From Amphiscolops sp. MND2022 (Eukaryota), in contig OZ076409.1 of NCBI GenBank assembly GCA_964187785.1, positions 7,566,001-7,630,000 on the forward strand: DNA of 64,000 nucleotides, given 5' to 3'. Numbering within the stretch: the stretch's first letter is position 1; every line of letters begins with the position of its first letter. Shown one piece after another: positions 1 through 11,723 of the stretch. The translations under genes were made by a program, and so were the position numbers. The notes under the pieces were generated by a model. The model ran no database searches. It was not told the DNA's origin and worked only from the letters and a program-made list of their open reading frames with translations.

Positions 1-1862
1 GCCGCCGGCACTTTGGTCGTTACGCTAAGGATACAATTCGGTCTGTCGTCTTCGGTTGAAGTCGGAGTTGTTTCCCATTGCACCTGTGGGTACCATGGTA
101 TGGAACTCAGGGACGGGTCTGATGTCAGATCTTCCTTTGGTGGCTTTTTCAAAATGTACAGCACTGGAAGTTGTGCTTTAGCTTCCAGTGGAAGCTCTGG
201 ATGGTTTGGGATAAATTTTCCATGTTTGTCGATATAGGGCACAGTGGGGAGTTCTTCGTAGTCTTTCTGGGGCATGAAGCGGAATCCCTTACTCACTTCT
301 GGTAGAGTTTCTACAATCTTCTCCCGATGTACGTAGTCATTGGTCCTTTTGCTAAGACCATCCACATTTCTATGTTGTGTGCGCGGTCTGTGGATCGTCT
401 TGAAATGATATTGGTCGAGGCGCGCAATCCAGCGTCCAATCATGGCTTGATCCATTGAATATGTCTTCAGCCACGAGAGAGCCTGGTTATCCACGCGCAG
501 CGTGAATTCTCTACCTGCAAGGTAGGAATGAAATTTCTCGATAAAATAGAATACTGCATACATTTCCAGCTTCGGGGCGCCATATTTCATTTGTGTTTTA
601 GTCAGTGACTTACTGCCATAAACAATAGGACGAAGAATAGTTTTCCCATTGTATTGTTGCTCTTGGTGCAGTATGCCGGCTATAGCAACTGCACTGGCAT
701 CCGTATCTAGAACGAAACGTCCTTCTTCGTTGGGCGCTGCCAAAGCTGTGGCATCGACCAATGCCTGCTTTACTGCATCGAACGCTTCTTGGTGTCTTTC
801 TTTCCAGTAGAAGTGTTGGTTCTTCTTTAACAATTCCTGCATAGGTTGCACCTTAGCAGCATGAAAAGGAATGAAATCTCGGTAGTAGTTCGCAAATCCA
901 AGGAAGCTCTGTAATTCTTCTCTGTTTCTGGGGGGCATCCATTCCTGGATTTTGCTGACAGCAGCCGGGTCAGGCTTTATGCCTTCGGCCGAAACTACTC
1001 TTCCAAGGTACTTGGTTTCAGTGCGCATGAAGTCGCATTTCTCTGCTCGCATCTTGAAACCTGCCTCTCTGAGACACTCGAACACTTCTCTAATTCTTTC
1101 CAAGTGGTCTTCAATGGTTTCTGTCGCAATCACTATGTCATCTATGTATGCCATGACAACGCTTCCATGTCGTTGTTGGATCTTCTGTAGAGCTCTCGTG
1201 ATCGATCGCTGAAAGGTGGCCGATGCATTGCATAGCCCGAACGGCATGCGCCACCATTCGAACAGGCCAAGTTCACACGCGAACGCCGTTTTTCTGCGAT
1301 CACGCTTCTTTAGTGGAATTTGCCAAAAGGCCCACGCCAAATCGATGCTCGTGAAGATCTTTGCATTCCCAATCCTCGAGAGGCTTTCATCGATTCTGGG
1401 TAGTGGAAATGCGTCCTTCACTGTTACATCATTTAGCGGGCGGAAGTCACAGCAAAAGCGAAGCTCGCCTGATTTCTTTTTCACCATGACTATGCCACTG
1501 GCCCACGGAGAGTAGGAGGGTTGTATCAGACCAAGGGCCAGCAAATTTTGCACTTCCTGATTGGCTTCCGCCGCCTTATCAGGGGACATTCGCCTAGCTC
1601 CTTCTCGGTGAGGTATAGCCTCCGGCTCTAGCTCTATCTTGTGCTTTTCAATCTTACACCTACCTATGTCGGACTTATTTTTCATGAATAGGTCTTCGTA
1701 CTCATTTAATATAGTTTTTAACTTGTTTCTCGCCTCTTCCCCCCATGAAGAAAGGACGGAAGAGAGGTCGGGGCCTGGGATTGCTTTTAACAGCTGTGGA
1801 TCTGTCCTTTTGCGCTTTTCATTATCTGATAAACCTGCCTCAGACGGTTCGGTCGACGATAA
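1..1862 (-). CDS. pol: Gypsy pol (RT-RNase H), open to the window edge, in the -1 frame relative to the gag-protease ORF
   Basis: Manual translation: PSYSPWASGIVMVKKKSGELRFCCDFRPLN, MPFGLCNASATFQR, YIDDIVI, LQSFLGFANYYRDFIP, FVLDTDAS, LEMYAV; absent from the ORF track because there is no stop before the edge. Confidence 0.93.
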
Positions 1863-4800
1863 AAATTTTGGGCAAAGGAACTGAATTCTGAACTGGTGTC
1901 CATATCAAAGTTTCTATGTATTTGATTTACATACTCGGCAGAAAGCTTCGAAGCTTCACCTTCAGTTTGCATAAGAACAGAGTTCAATACAAAAGTGGTA
2001 AGCGCCGCTTTGCCAATTACAGTTTGTGCTTTGATTTTCACCCGTTCTTTATCAGTTTGGTTTCGGATGGCTAAAAATACTATACCTCCTTCTCCCACAG
2101 AAGTTAGTGTATCTTCTGAAACAAAGACTGAACTGGACTTTATGCTACATGAATGGACCGTTACAATACGAAACAGGAAAGTGTCAGGTTGTTGCGTGAT
2201 GATTTTCGCGCGCACAATTCTCCTTTCAAATGGACCTAGTATTACATCTTCCGTAGAAACTACAAACGATGGTTCGTGGTCGCTTACCTCATAAGTGGCT
2301 TTAAAGATTCGAGGTGTTTTGGGGTCACGGATAGTCACTTTCATTGCTGTTAGGTCCACCAACACGTTGTATGTGCGCAAGAAATTGCGACCCAGGAGGA
2401 AATCCTCTGACCCAATATGATCGGCTATGACTACAAAGTTGGTCTTCAGAGTGTATCCGCCGAGCTGAAAGTTTACATCTTCGGCTATACCCACGGTGGT
2501 GATGTTTTTGCCATTGGCAGCGAAGAGTTCAACGTCATATGGTGATAGGCTCAGCATATGCTGGGAAGCAATCTTTTTGTACGCACTCAATGAAAGGATG
2601 GAAACTCCCGAACCGGTGTCAATCATGCCGAAAAGTGGTATCGGCTTTTGCAGAGGAGTTCCGAATGCTACTACTAGCGAGGCTCGCTCATCAATCTGAG
2701 CCTCTCCTTGTGCATCTTGCACTCCAATGCTATAGCAACGCAGTTCTTGCCTGCCCAGATATAGGCCTTGCGGAAAGTGTCCTTCCAGGACAACAATCGC
2801 ATCAAACCTCATGTCCACACCATCAACCGTGATCGCTACGGGGACTGGCGCGATTGTCTTCACCCTCTGTATCTGGGCCAGCTTGGTCTCATCATTCCTT
2901 GTGAAGTGGGGTAGTGGTCGCGAAGCTATCGTCAAACTGGTTTTGCGGCACAGTTCTTCTTTCAATTGTGCTAATGTGTGATTTGGACGCGCCTTTTGTT
3001 CCGCGGATAACAACAGATGGATGGATATTAGTGTTTCAGTACAGTCAGGCGGTGGTGCCTCAAGTGTCGTCAAGATTTGTTTCTCGCCACAAGTTACAAT
3101 CACAGGGCGTGATGGGCCTCCGTCTTCCGAAGTCGAGATTACCCTTATTTGATCCTCTGAATCGCAAAAGTCTGTTGAGTTTGCGACCGGGGCGTACCAC
3201 GCCGCTTTTACTTGTTCTTCCGTTGCAACATTGTGAGGCGTCATACAATCAGATGCCACGTGGCCTACATGACCACAATTTACACAAATTGCTGATGTTC
3301 CTTGTTCTGGTAGGGTTGCGGGCATTAAGTCATCATTCATGCCGCGTGGGTTCGATGGGCACACCCATTCTCCAGCTGTGTTCGTCCGACACGAATTAAC
3401 TATTTGCTGTACTGGTTTCCCTGCTCGGTCTTTCAAAGGACAATCGGCTGCAAAGTGTGAAGGATCTCCACAATTGAAACATGTTCGCTGCTGTTGTTGT
3501 CGGAAAGCTGGAGGCTGTTGTGGGAACTGCTGGGCGTTAGGCGCTTGAGGGGCTTGTGCCTGTGCTTGGTTTTGCGGGTTCGCTGCGACAGGCGGCTGTT
3601 GTTGTTGTTGTGGTGCAGGATAGTTTTCCGAACGTGTCGAACCACGCATACGCAGGTATTGTTGTACCGTGAATCGTAAGGCCTCCACAGTTGGGGGTGT
3701 GTCCACATACTGTTCCTGTGCATACATGAGTGCAAGGTTTCGTTTCAACTCATAGCTTCGTACCCCTTCGATGAACTTCTGCATAATTTCATAGCGCCTC
3801 ACCGCAACTTCCTCGTTGGGAAAACCTTGGCTGCGCAAACCTTCCAATGCGTCAAAATATTGCATGTAGTCTTCATCCGGGGACTGATTACGTGTACGGA
3901 ACTGTTGTTGTATTTGGATCTTATTAGATCCTGTTCCAAATCTTCGTGCTAGCAGCGTGAAGACTTTTTCATCAGTATCGCGTTCCGCTTCTGATTCATT
4001 CGTAATATAGTCTCGTGCTTCATTTTCTAGAAACTCCACAATTGTCCATGCTTTGTCTAAAGGGGTGTCTTTTGCATGGGCTTTTTCCAGGTAACGCCTC
4101 ATCAGCATTAGCCAGCCATCCACTATTCCATCGCGTGTGCCACGATACTTGGTAGGTTTGTTCTTGGATTCTTTGGCTGCCAATAATGGCTCCAGACCTT
4201 TCGACATCGCGGTGGTTATTGCTTCCGCCAACGCTTGGCTGTGTATAGCATTCGGAGCGTTGTCCTTGTCCTTGGCAGCTCCCTCCACCGTTCCAGTGTT
4301 CAGGTTCCTTCTCGAGATTGTCTTCTTTTGCGTGCTAGAGGCCAATGGCCGTAATTGATCGTTACTATGGGGTAACATTGAGCGTTTTGTGCCAAGCATT
4401 GACGAAACAGCAGTTTGATATTCGGTACTTCCTGATGCTGTTTTCATATTACTATGCATTTGGTCGCTGGCCGCCGAGTAATAATCTCCAGTCGTTGAGG
4501 CACCTCTAGCATATGGGTCGAATGAAGGGGGGCCTGATATGTCACAGCGCTGTACTTCAGTTTGAGTGGTTGTTGACAGTTGGGTTTTCATCGGCACCTG
4601 CTTGTACGCTGCGGGTGGTTGTAACTTTGGCTGTTTTGTCTGATCCGGTTTCGTCACACATTGGCGTTTGGCAACTTCTCGGTAGGAGGGGTGCTGACTA
4701 GGAGACGCACTCGTAGATGGTATGTCGGCAGAGTTTGGTGCCATTGGCACGGGTGTGGGACGGTTTGGTATCGTCGCCACTACGGTCTTCACCCTTAGGG

Positions 4801-5890
4801 TTAAATCTTGAACCTTAGTCATGAGGTCCACCATGCGTTTGTCGACATCTAAATCTCTGTGGTGCATCATTTCGGACATGTGTTTTATTCGCTCATCCGC
4901 TTGTCGATCTCTTTGCACCATTATTGCCGTCATCTCCGATATACTTTTTTCCGTCAGGTCCTTGACTGATGCTACGGATGTTTCTATCTTGCCCTGGTTG
5001 ACTCGTCCTTCCATCTTGATCTCACTCACCTCCTTTCGTAACTCTTCTACTTCCATCACCAAAACTTCTGCCCGACGGACATGGTCAGTGTTTTCCTGGG
5101 CTAACTTTACTTGGACTCGTTTCAATTGTTCCATACTACGTCCAAAATCTTCTCGTATGGCTTCAGTTTCTTTGATACCTCTGGCGATCGTCGAATTTGG
5201 GGATGCTGCAATGCCGGCATCGGAGTGTTGGAGCGTTGCCGTGCGTTCCAGTCGTAAAGTGCTGGGACCCAGCAATGGTGGTGTAGTCGAGGCATAGTTC
5301 TGGAGAGCCACTCCTTTTCTGGTCTTCCGCTTTCCCGGCTGACTTTCCGAAGGAGCAATCGCAGTGTCACCCAGTGTATTTCTATTGCTATCAAACACTG
5401 GTACTCCGGAACTCAGCGGGTCCGCATTCGTGCCCAGGTGAGGGGTGTTTTCTCCCAAAGTCATGCCTACATTCATAATCTCAACCCACTTACTGATATC
5501 CGAGCTAGTAGCTACTTCTCTGTTCGAGTTCGGCCAGTCCCCGGTAATAATCACGGAAGTGTTCAGAGGAGGCCATACGTTGGTATGGTTCATGGGAGTC
5601 TCATTAGCTAGTTCGGTGCTATCAAAGGACATCTTGGAGGAATTTGCTTGGCTCGTACGCGCAATTTGCGAATTTTGCTCAATGTTAGACACGTTATCTG
5701 ACATTACGTCGTCTAAAAACAGGTCGGCGATCATATCTAGCGGTGCTATTTCAGCTTGTGTACTCAGGGTATGCAACTCTTCTATGTTGTTCGCGAACGG
5801 GTTGGTAGCATGAAATTCGTTAGACTCCACTGATGTCTCACTCATGAATAATAAATATTCCCACTGCCTCAAACTCATTTTTACTTGCAC
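1787..5890 (-). CDS. gag: Gypsy gag-protease polyprotein (coiled coil, capsid, two CCHC knuckles, degenerate plus intact aspartic protease, possible dUTPase-like remnant)
   Basis: 1367-aa ORF; CFNCGDPSHFAADC and CVNCGHVGHVASDC; MIDTGSGVS...FLLGRNFL; true start codon uncertain. Confidence 0.92.
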   Translation of the reverse strand: MQVKMSLRQWEYLLFMSETSVESNEFHATNPFANNIEELHTLSTQAEIAPLDMIADLFLDDVMSDNVSNIEQNSQIARTSQANSSKMSFDSTELANETPMNHTNVWPPLNTSVIITGDWPNSNREVATSSDISKWVEIMNVGMTLGENTPHLGTNADPLSSGVPVFDSNRNTLGDTAIAPSESQPGKRKTRKGVALQNYASTTPPLLGPSTLRLERTATLQHSDAGIAASPNSTIARGIKETEAIREDFGRSMEQLKRVQVKLAQENTDHVRRAEVLVMEVEELRKEVSEIKMEGRVNQGKIETSVASVKDLTEKSISEMTAIMVQRDRQADERIKHMSEMMHHRDLDVDKRMVDLMTKVQDLTLRVKTVVATIPNRPTPVPMAPNSADIPSTSASPSQHPSYREVAKRQCVTKPDQTKQPKLQPPAAYKQVPMKTQLSTTTQTEVQRCDISGPPSFDPYARGASTTGDYYSAASDQMHSNMKTASGSTEYQTAVSSMLGTKRSMLPHSNDQLRPLASSTQKKTISRRNLNTGTVEGAAKDKDNAPNAIHSQALAEAITTAMSKGLEPLLAAKESKNKPTKYRGTRDGIVDGWLMLMRRYLEKAHAKDTPLDKAWTIVEFLENEARDYITNESEAERDTDEKVFTLLARRFGTGSNKIQIQQQFRTRNQSPDEDYMQYFDALEGLRSQGFPNEEVAVRRYEIMQKFIEGVRSYELKRNLALMYAQEQYVDTPPTVEALRFTVQQYLRMRGSTRSENYPAPQQQQQPPVAANPQNQAQAQAPQAPNAQQFPQQPPAFRQQQQRTCFNCGDPSHFAADCPLKDRAGKPVQQIVNSCRTNTAGEWVCPSNPRGMNDDLMPATLPEQGTSAICVNCGHVGHVASDCMTPHNVATEEQVKAAWYAPVANSTDFCDSEDQIRVISTSEDGGPSRPVIVTCGEKQILTTLEAPPPDCTETLISIHLLLSAEQKARPNHTLAQLKEELCRKTSLTIASRPLPHFTRNDETKLAQIQRVKTIAPVPVAITVDGVDMRFDAIVVLEGHFPQGLYLGRQELRCYSIGVQDAQGEAQIDERASLVVAFGTPLQKPIPLFGMIDTGSGVSILSLSAYKKIASQHMLSLSPYDVELFAANGKNITTVGIAEDVNFQLGGYTLKTNFVVIADHIGSEDFLLGRNFLRTYNVLVDLTAMKVTIRDPKTPRIFKATYEVSDHEPSFVVSTEDVILGPFERRIVRAKIITQQPDTFLFRIVTVHSCSIKSSSVFVSEDTLTSVGEGGIVFLAIRNQTDKERVKIKAQTVIGKAALTTFVLNSVLMQTEGEASKLSAEYVNQIHRNFDMDTSSEFSSFAQNFYRRPNRLRQVYQIMKSAKGQIHSC

Positions 5891-8800
5891 AGTTTTTGCA
5901 GCTCAACTAAATTAGATTTTCTTTCGTCTTTCACTCACTCCTTCTCTTCAACAAATTGAATTAAAGGCAACTCAAAATGGAGGTTTTGATCTCTTTCTCC
6001 GATATTCTAACTAAATTGTCGTACTATTAAGTTCTAGAGTTTGTAGCTCGTGATCGCCCTCTTGATTCTATTTCGAGATCAGCTAACTGTCATAAACTTC
6101 ACACTCCTAATTACATGCACTAACTCAAGATTACATGCACTGGTGTTAGTCACCACTAATCAAAACAGAAAGGTTTATATCCCCACTAACTGGAGATAGT
6201 TATTCTACACAAATTGAAAGTTAAGCTTTTTAAGTTTTTTTTTTATTTTTTTATATACAGTTACTCACACTATACTATGCTTTACCCAGCCACAGGCTAT
6301 GTGGTCGGGATAACTAAAGGTTTTGGCGCGCTAACAGAACTTTGCAGGGATTTTTTTAAGGAAATCACCGCGCTTTTCTTCTGGGAGCGTATACTATGCC
6401 ACTCGTACTGATTTTCAATAGGGGAGCACCTGGGGTATTGCTACAACAAGGGGTGTCAGGAACTAGACCTTGGGAATGAGTAGGTGTTAGGACACTTTCG
6501 AACAAGAGAGTTATCGTAATCTGATCGTAGCGCGGTCAATGGAAACACAGTTCTTCACTATTTCGAATGCTACTATACTCAATTTTTTGTCTCGAGACGC
6601 ACCGCGTCCACTATCTACGTCTTCCTGGAGAATTCCTAATTGCGTTCTAGCTCTCTCGCGTCACTTCTCAGTCGAGGCAAACGTGAATGCACCTATCAGT
6701 TTGCACTTAGGTGACCCTGATGGCCGTTGGGAGAGGAAATACAATTTTTGCGTTTTGCACTCCTATGTCTCGTAGATAGCTTTTTGACAAACCCAAGATT
6801 TTAGGGTTGAGCTAGCTCCATTCTGATTACTTCAACGGAACGTGCTAAGGATGCTTGGTGTAGAACTAGGGTCGTTTAAACCTTCACTCTCAACTACACC
6901 TACGAAAAGTGTACAATCTTTCGCAAAATTTTTCAAAATCGGCAATTCTTTCGCCAAAGTGCACGCCTGGGGAAGGTGAAGATCACTTCTAGAGCTACTA
7001 GCGACCTGAAAGTTTAACACGGTATACTACTGTGACCAAATCGTGGGAAAATTACCGCCGATTGCGCCAAAATTGATTATACGTGACTTGAGGTTGCTTC
7101 AGAATGTTGTTTGAAGAATCGACTATGTTGTGAAGTCTGTCAAACTCGCCTTCTAGGCTTCCTAGCTACCTGAAATTTTGTATGCGAGCGTGAATTATGC
7201 CCACATAACAGAAACATAAAATAACGGGGTGCCCAGGTGAATATTCCGCAATCCGAGTTGACAAAACTATGATGTACCCTATTAGTCACTTTCTGGGGCC
7301 AAAATTCACAAAAATGTCAATTTCTCCAAATTGGGCAGTAGCAAGCTGCTCAAAATGCACAAATCGTCGGGTTCTAGTGCAGTGTGTACGAAAATGGAAG
7401 AAATTTAGTGCTGGGATACTCCGAAGGTATTGCACTATGCTCAACTAAAATTCGATTTTTCTGACAGCTTCGTACAATTTTTGAGCAAAACTGCGGCTAA
7501 GATTTCTCGATCACCAGTAATGGTAGCGCTACGAAAATTACACCACTAACGTAACTTTTTGCGGTCTGCACGATGGTGCAATCCGTTTTAAGCTACTCCT
7601 AGTAGGAGAGATTTCGACCTATCTTGGGGACACTACTCCAGTGTTCCGAAAATGTCGCAAAAACAACGCGTTTTCGGCTATTTCTCAGCAACTACTGGTT
7701 GGAATTACTCGTGGTTTTCTGCGTTTGCAACGTTATACCCTATACTAACGGAAAATAGGCGAGCGAAACCTGGCAGGTTCCAAATAAGGTCTCTCAAAAT
7801 AACTTTCTAGTTGCACCTTTGACACTCTGGGAACAATGTGAAAAATACGTATTTTCCCTAGGAACTTTTTATTTCTCGGATCTCAGATGTTCGGAATGGT
7901 TCTAACAGTACGGTAGGAAGGTGTGACAACTTTATTTAGGAGAGTGGGGTTATTTCAATTATTACTTTTGATGTTATTACTCTCAGGTCTATGGGGTCCT
8001 CTGCTCAGGTCTATGTATATCAAAGAAAATCAGAAGTTAAAGTGTCAATTTATATTGGGGAATGCTAAAAATTGTCTTGGCAGTAGTGTTTCGTACTACC
8101 ACGTTTGGGAACAGCGTTTTTGGGCTGATCTTAAAGCTTGGGAACAAGTGCCCAAGGCTTCGCCCTCATCAATTTTGGTCTTTTAGGCCAAAATTGATGT
8201 TTTCTCTATAAAATCGCTAATTTTCTCAATGTTTCAACAATTTAGCCCAGCAAATTTTTCTGTTCCTGACCTAGCAGGTCTGATGGAACGTTTTTTTTTG
8301 TATTCCCACTGGCCGTATCCTTTTCCACTAGATTTCAACTTTCAACACCTCAAAAATCGGTATTTGAGCTATAAATGGTGTTATTTTCAAGGTTTTCGCG
8401 CTCAAATTTTTATTCAACTGGTCTAAACACCCACAGGGTATTTTCCCCAGTTAATTTTAGTGGGAACAGGCCTGGGAAAATGTTTTTTGGGCCGATTATT
8501 AGCAAGAATTAGCAATATAACCCGATTGACGTGGGTATACGGCAACTACAGGGGTGCTGGAGGTGTGATGTCAGAGGTGCTCACACACTGTCGTCAGCTG
8601 ATTGGGGCCTTCAGCACTCGTCCTCCCGGTCCCCATACATTGCTAATTTACTGAAACGGAGCTACAAAACCCTTTATAACCAGTTCCGGATAGGCCGGAT
8701 TAGCATTTTCAACAGGTATTATCAAAATACAAGGGGTACGCTGCCTGAAATCGTCGATTTTCGGTTTCAGACCTCGGAAATACGCAGGACACGCAAAACA

Positions 8801-8939
8801 AACACCAGTACAGGGCCCACAGGGCTAGAATAAGGCAATAAAAACAATCTAGGACTCTCCAACAAGTTTTCCTAGATCCAGACCTAGCAGGGCCGGAAAG
8901 CAGGAAAAACTCCAATTATGGCGAAAAGATGGAAAAAAT

Positions 8940-8957
8940 GTCCCTTGTGGGGCGCCA
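8940..8957 (-). promoter_or_regulatory. Primer-binding site, tRNA-Lys-like
   Basis: Minus strand TGGCGCCCCACAAGGGAC resembles the Lys3-type PBS TGGCGCCCGAACAGGGAC; 16 nt inside the LTR end. Confidence 0.75.
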
Positions 8958-8973
8958 TAAAAACTACTCTAGA

Positions 8974-9688
8974 TGTAACGTCAAGCAAGTAACGCACATA
9001 CCAGAACTGGGACAGTACTTAGGTTGCCTAGACAGGAGACCATAGTCCTATAACAAGCCTAAATACTAGTTTTTCATCCCTAAAGGTCTCCTAGGGACTT
9101 TTCCAAAACACCGTGGAGACTCCTCTTATTAGAGCTCCGTGGCGACGTGCCGGCACACTCAAAGTCCGGACACGTCCCACAAGCGTGTAAAAACGTTCCT
9201 AAAGGCTTCCCGCGGCTCTACATACTTCCGAGGTCCGAAAACAGGGTTCTAGCTGAAATGCATTTTATTTCAGAAAATAACGTCTAAATACTCCATTACA
9301 AGGATCTGACAGATCCAACATCATCAAAATCTGTAAATCAATACTAATGACATTAGAATCAATCAAGATTGGCATTTCTGGCATGTTTCTATCGAATTCG
9401 CGATTCTCTTCATCTTCTTTGCTGTGGGACATCGGAATCTCAGAACGTTTTTGTATTAAAAACGCACTTTTCTGGGGAGATGACACAAATCCGAGCATTT
9501 TTCTTGTTCTTCCACATCGTGTCAGTGTCTTTTCTTCTTTTTTGGGTTGGGGCTGGGTTTGTCTGTCTTCTTTTTTGCTTCCTTTTTGGTTTCAACGACC
9601 TGCCAGGTCGGCCATTTTGACTCGCACACTTTCTGCTTCTTGATCGAATTTTTCATCGAAAATTTGGTGCTGACTGGTGGACGTTACA
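8974..9688 (-). repeat. 5' LTR of the Gypsy element (715 bp)
   Basis: 9-bp terminal inverted repeats TGTAACGTC / GACGTTACA, with the PBS adjacent; the second LTR is outside the window. Confidence 0.85.
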
Positions 9689-9712
9689 TAAGTTATGATT
9701 TAATGATGAGCG

Positions 9713-10206
9713 CTATACGATTCCTTTTAACTTCGTTGAATGTGAGATGTAGTCGACAATGGTATTGCAATCTTCAGGGTCAAGGAGATTCAATGAGTCA
9801 ATGCCTTCAGGTCTGATGTCTTGGTATAGGCCACATGCCAGAAAGAAATGTTCTGTAGTCTCTTCACTTTTGCCACAATGACACATCGAAGATGCCGTCT
9901 GCCAATTTTTCCAATCGTAATCGACTAAAGCGAAAGAATTGCCGATCAGCATTTCACAAATTTTGATGGCTTAATTTCTTTGAAGGTTGAAAAGGGGCGA
10001 TATAGTGTTACAAGTTGGTGGGGTTCTGGTGTAACATTTCAGAAATGACTTGTTGTCATTATTTTTCCACCTGAGGTTCCACCTGAAGATAGTTAATGAA
10101 AAAGTTGACATCATGCTGTTTATATCTCGTACAATTATGAATTCTCAAAAACTTTCCGAATCTGGTAACGGGACTCTCGAGGAGGTTAGCAACACTGTCC
10201 GGAAAA
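9713..10206 (-). pseudogene. C-terminus of LINE ORF2
   Basis: WNLRWKNND...; MCHCGKSEETTEHFFLACGLY (CxC...ETxEH...C motif). Confidence 0.85.
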
Positions 10207-10243
10207 GGGTGGGCGCAAGTAGCTCTCACTTATTCTTGAAAAA

Positions 10244-11530
10244 TTGCTCTTCCGACACATATACCCGCAAATGCGATTATCAATATGTGATGAACAACAT
10301 GGTTTCACAAAGAAGCGCTCTCCTATTACCCAGCTCTTACCCTATCTAGACGATTTGTACAATCAAAAAGATTTAAACGCTTCTAGTTATGCTATCTACT
10401 TCGACTTTCGGAAGGCTTCCGATTTAGTTCCACATCATATTCTTCTAAAAAAACTGGCAAATTGTAGCTTTGATGAAGATTTTTTGATCTTATTCAAGTC
10501 TTACTTATACTCAAGGTCACAACGAGTATCAATAAATGGCTCCCTCTCCCAGATGGTGGATATTAATAGCGGTGTACCTCAAGGCAGTGTCCTCGGACCT
10601 CTTTTCTTCATTATTTTTATGAATGATCTTCCTGACAAAATTGTCAATTCCTCATGCTATTTGTTTGCAGATGATAGTAAATTACTGTCTCTCCTGACCA
10701 AACCTGATTTACAAAGGGATATTGATCACTTCACTGAATGGGCTTACAGGAACAAAATGGAATATAACATTGACAAGTGCAAGTCAATCACTTTCGAGGA
10801 AAAATTAGCGTCGTCGGATCCTCTGTTTCTGAACGGTAATATTGTCCCCACCGTTGACTCAATTAAAGACCTTGGAATCACCATTTCAAACAATATTACA
10901 TGGGACAACCATATTCAAAAGAAATTGGTGGCTGCTAGAAAAACTTATCATTTCTTGAAGCGCTCAGTTCCTCATAGTGTTAGTTCTTCCACGAAGCTTA
11001 TGTACTACAGGTTGTGTGTTCAGAGTATTATACTATACGGATCCCAAATATGGTACCCCTCCATTAATTACCGACGGAAGTTGGAACTATTCAATAAAGA
11101 ATGTCTTTTTTGGGTAACTGGTTCACAAAATTATTCACAGCAGCTGGCAGCGTCAAGTACCCTACCCCTATCATTCTATTTGGTCCTAAATGACATGGTC
11201 TTCCTCATTAAGGCCATAAATAACAAATACGACCTAAATCTCAGCACCTTCATTTGTTTCAGCAAACGATGCAAGGATCTCAGAAGTTCCAAATACCAAC
11301 AACTCCTGCCAGTCAAAAGATGTCGCAAATTCTCCACGAGAGACTCCTTCTTCCAAAGAGTCTGTGACTACTCCAACTTCCTGGCCACAAAAGAGATTGA
11401 CATTTTTGACCCAACTGAAAAATTTAAACATGAACTCATGGCATACCTACGCAATCAAGTCCCAATGTTCAATTTAGACCGTAGCTGCTCCTGGTTTATA
11501 AAATGTCTCTGTAGCATCTGCTGCTCTTAG
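10244..11530 (+). CDS. Non-LTR reverse transcriptase (truncated ORF2)
   Basis: QHGF, YFDFRKA, GVPQGSVLGP, LFADDSK, KDLGI motifs; no APE domain (5' truncation). Confidence 0.92.
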   Translation: MLFRHIYPQMRLSICDEQHGFTKKRSPITQLLPYLDDLYNQKDLNASSYAIYFDFRKASDLVPHHILLKKLANCSFDEDFLILFKSYLYSRSQRVSINGSLSQMVDINSGVPQGSVLGPLFFIIFMNDLPDKIVNSSCYLFADDSKLLSLLTKPDLQRDIDHFTEWAYRNKMEYNIDKCKSITFEEKLASSDPLFLNGNIVPTVDSIKDLGITISNNITWDNHIQKKLVAARKTYHFLKRSVPHSVSSSTKLMYYRLCVQSIILYGSQIWYPSINYRRKLELFNKECLFWVTGSQNYSQQLAASSTLPLSFYLVLNDMVFLIKAINNKYDLNLSTFICFSKRCKDLRSSKYQQLLPVKRCRKFSTRDSFFQRVCDYSNFLATKEIDIFDPTEKFKHELMAYLRNQVPMFNLDRSCSWFIKCLCSICCS

Positions 11531-11609
11531 ATTTGATCAACTCAGTTTGTGAAAGCCTACATTACAACTGCTTGAATGTTCCTTTATATAAAAAGGGAAT
11601 TAAGTCTTC

Positions 11610-11723
<114 letters not shown>

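Larger units (their letters stand above)
1..9688 (-). mobile_element. Ty3/Gypsy LTR retrotransposon, 5' part (LTR, PBS, ~3 kb leader, gag-protease, RT-RNase H); runs off the left edge
   Basis: LTR with TGTAACGTC...GACGTTACA ends, adjacent PBS, gag CCHC knuckles, DTGS protease, YIDD RT, TDAS RNase H. Confidence 0.95.

Noticed and set aside
952..5813. Numerous plus-strand ORFs opposite gag/pol
   Set aside because: Antisense shadows of the Gypsy coding region
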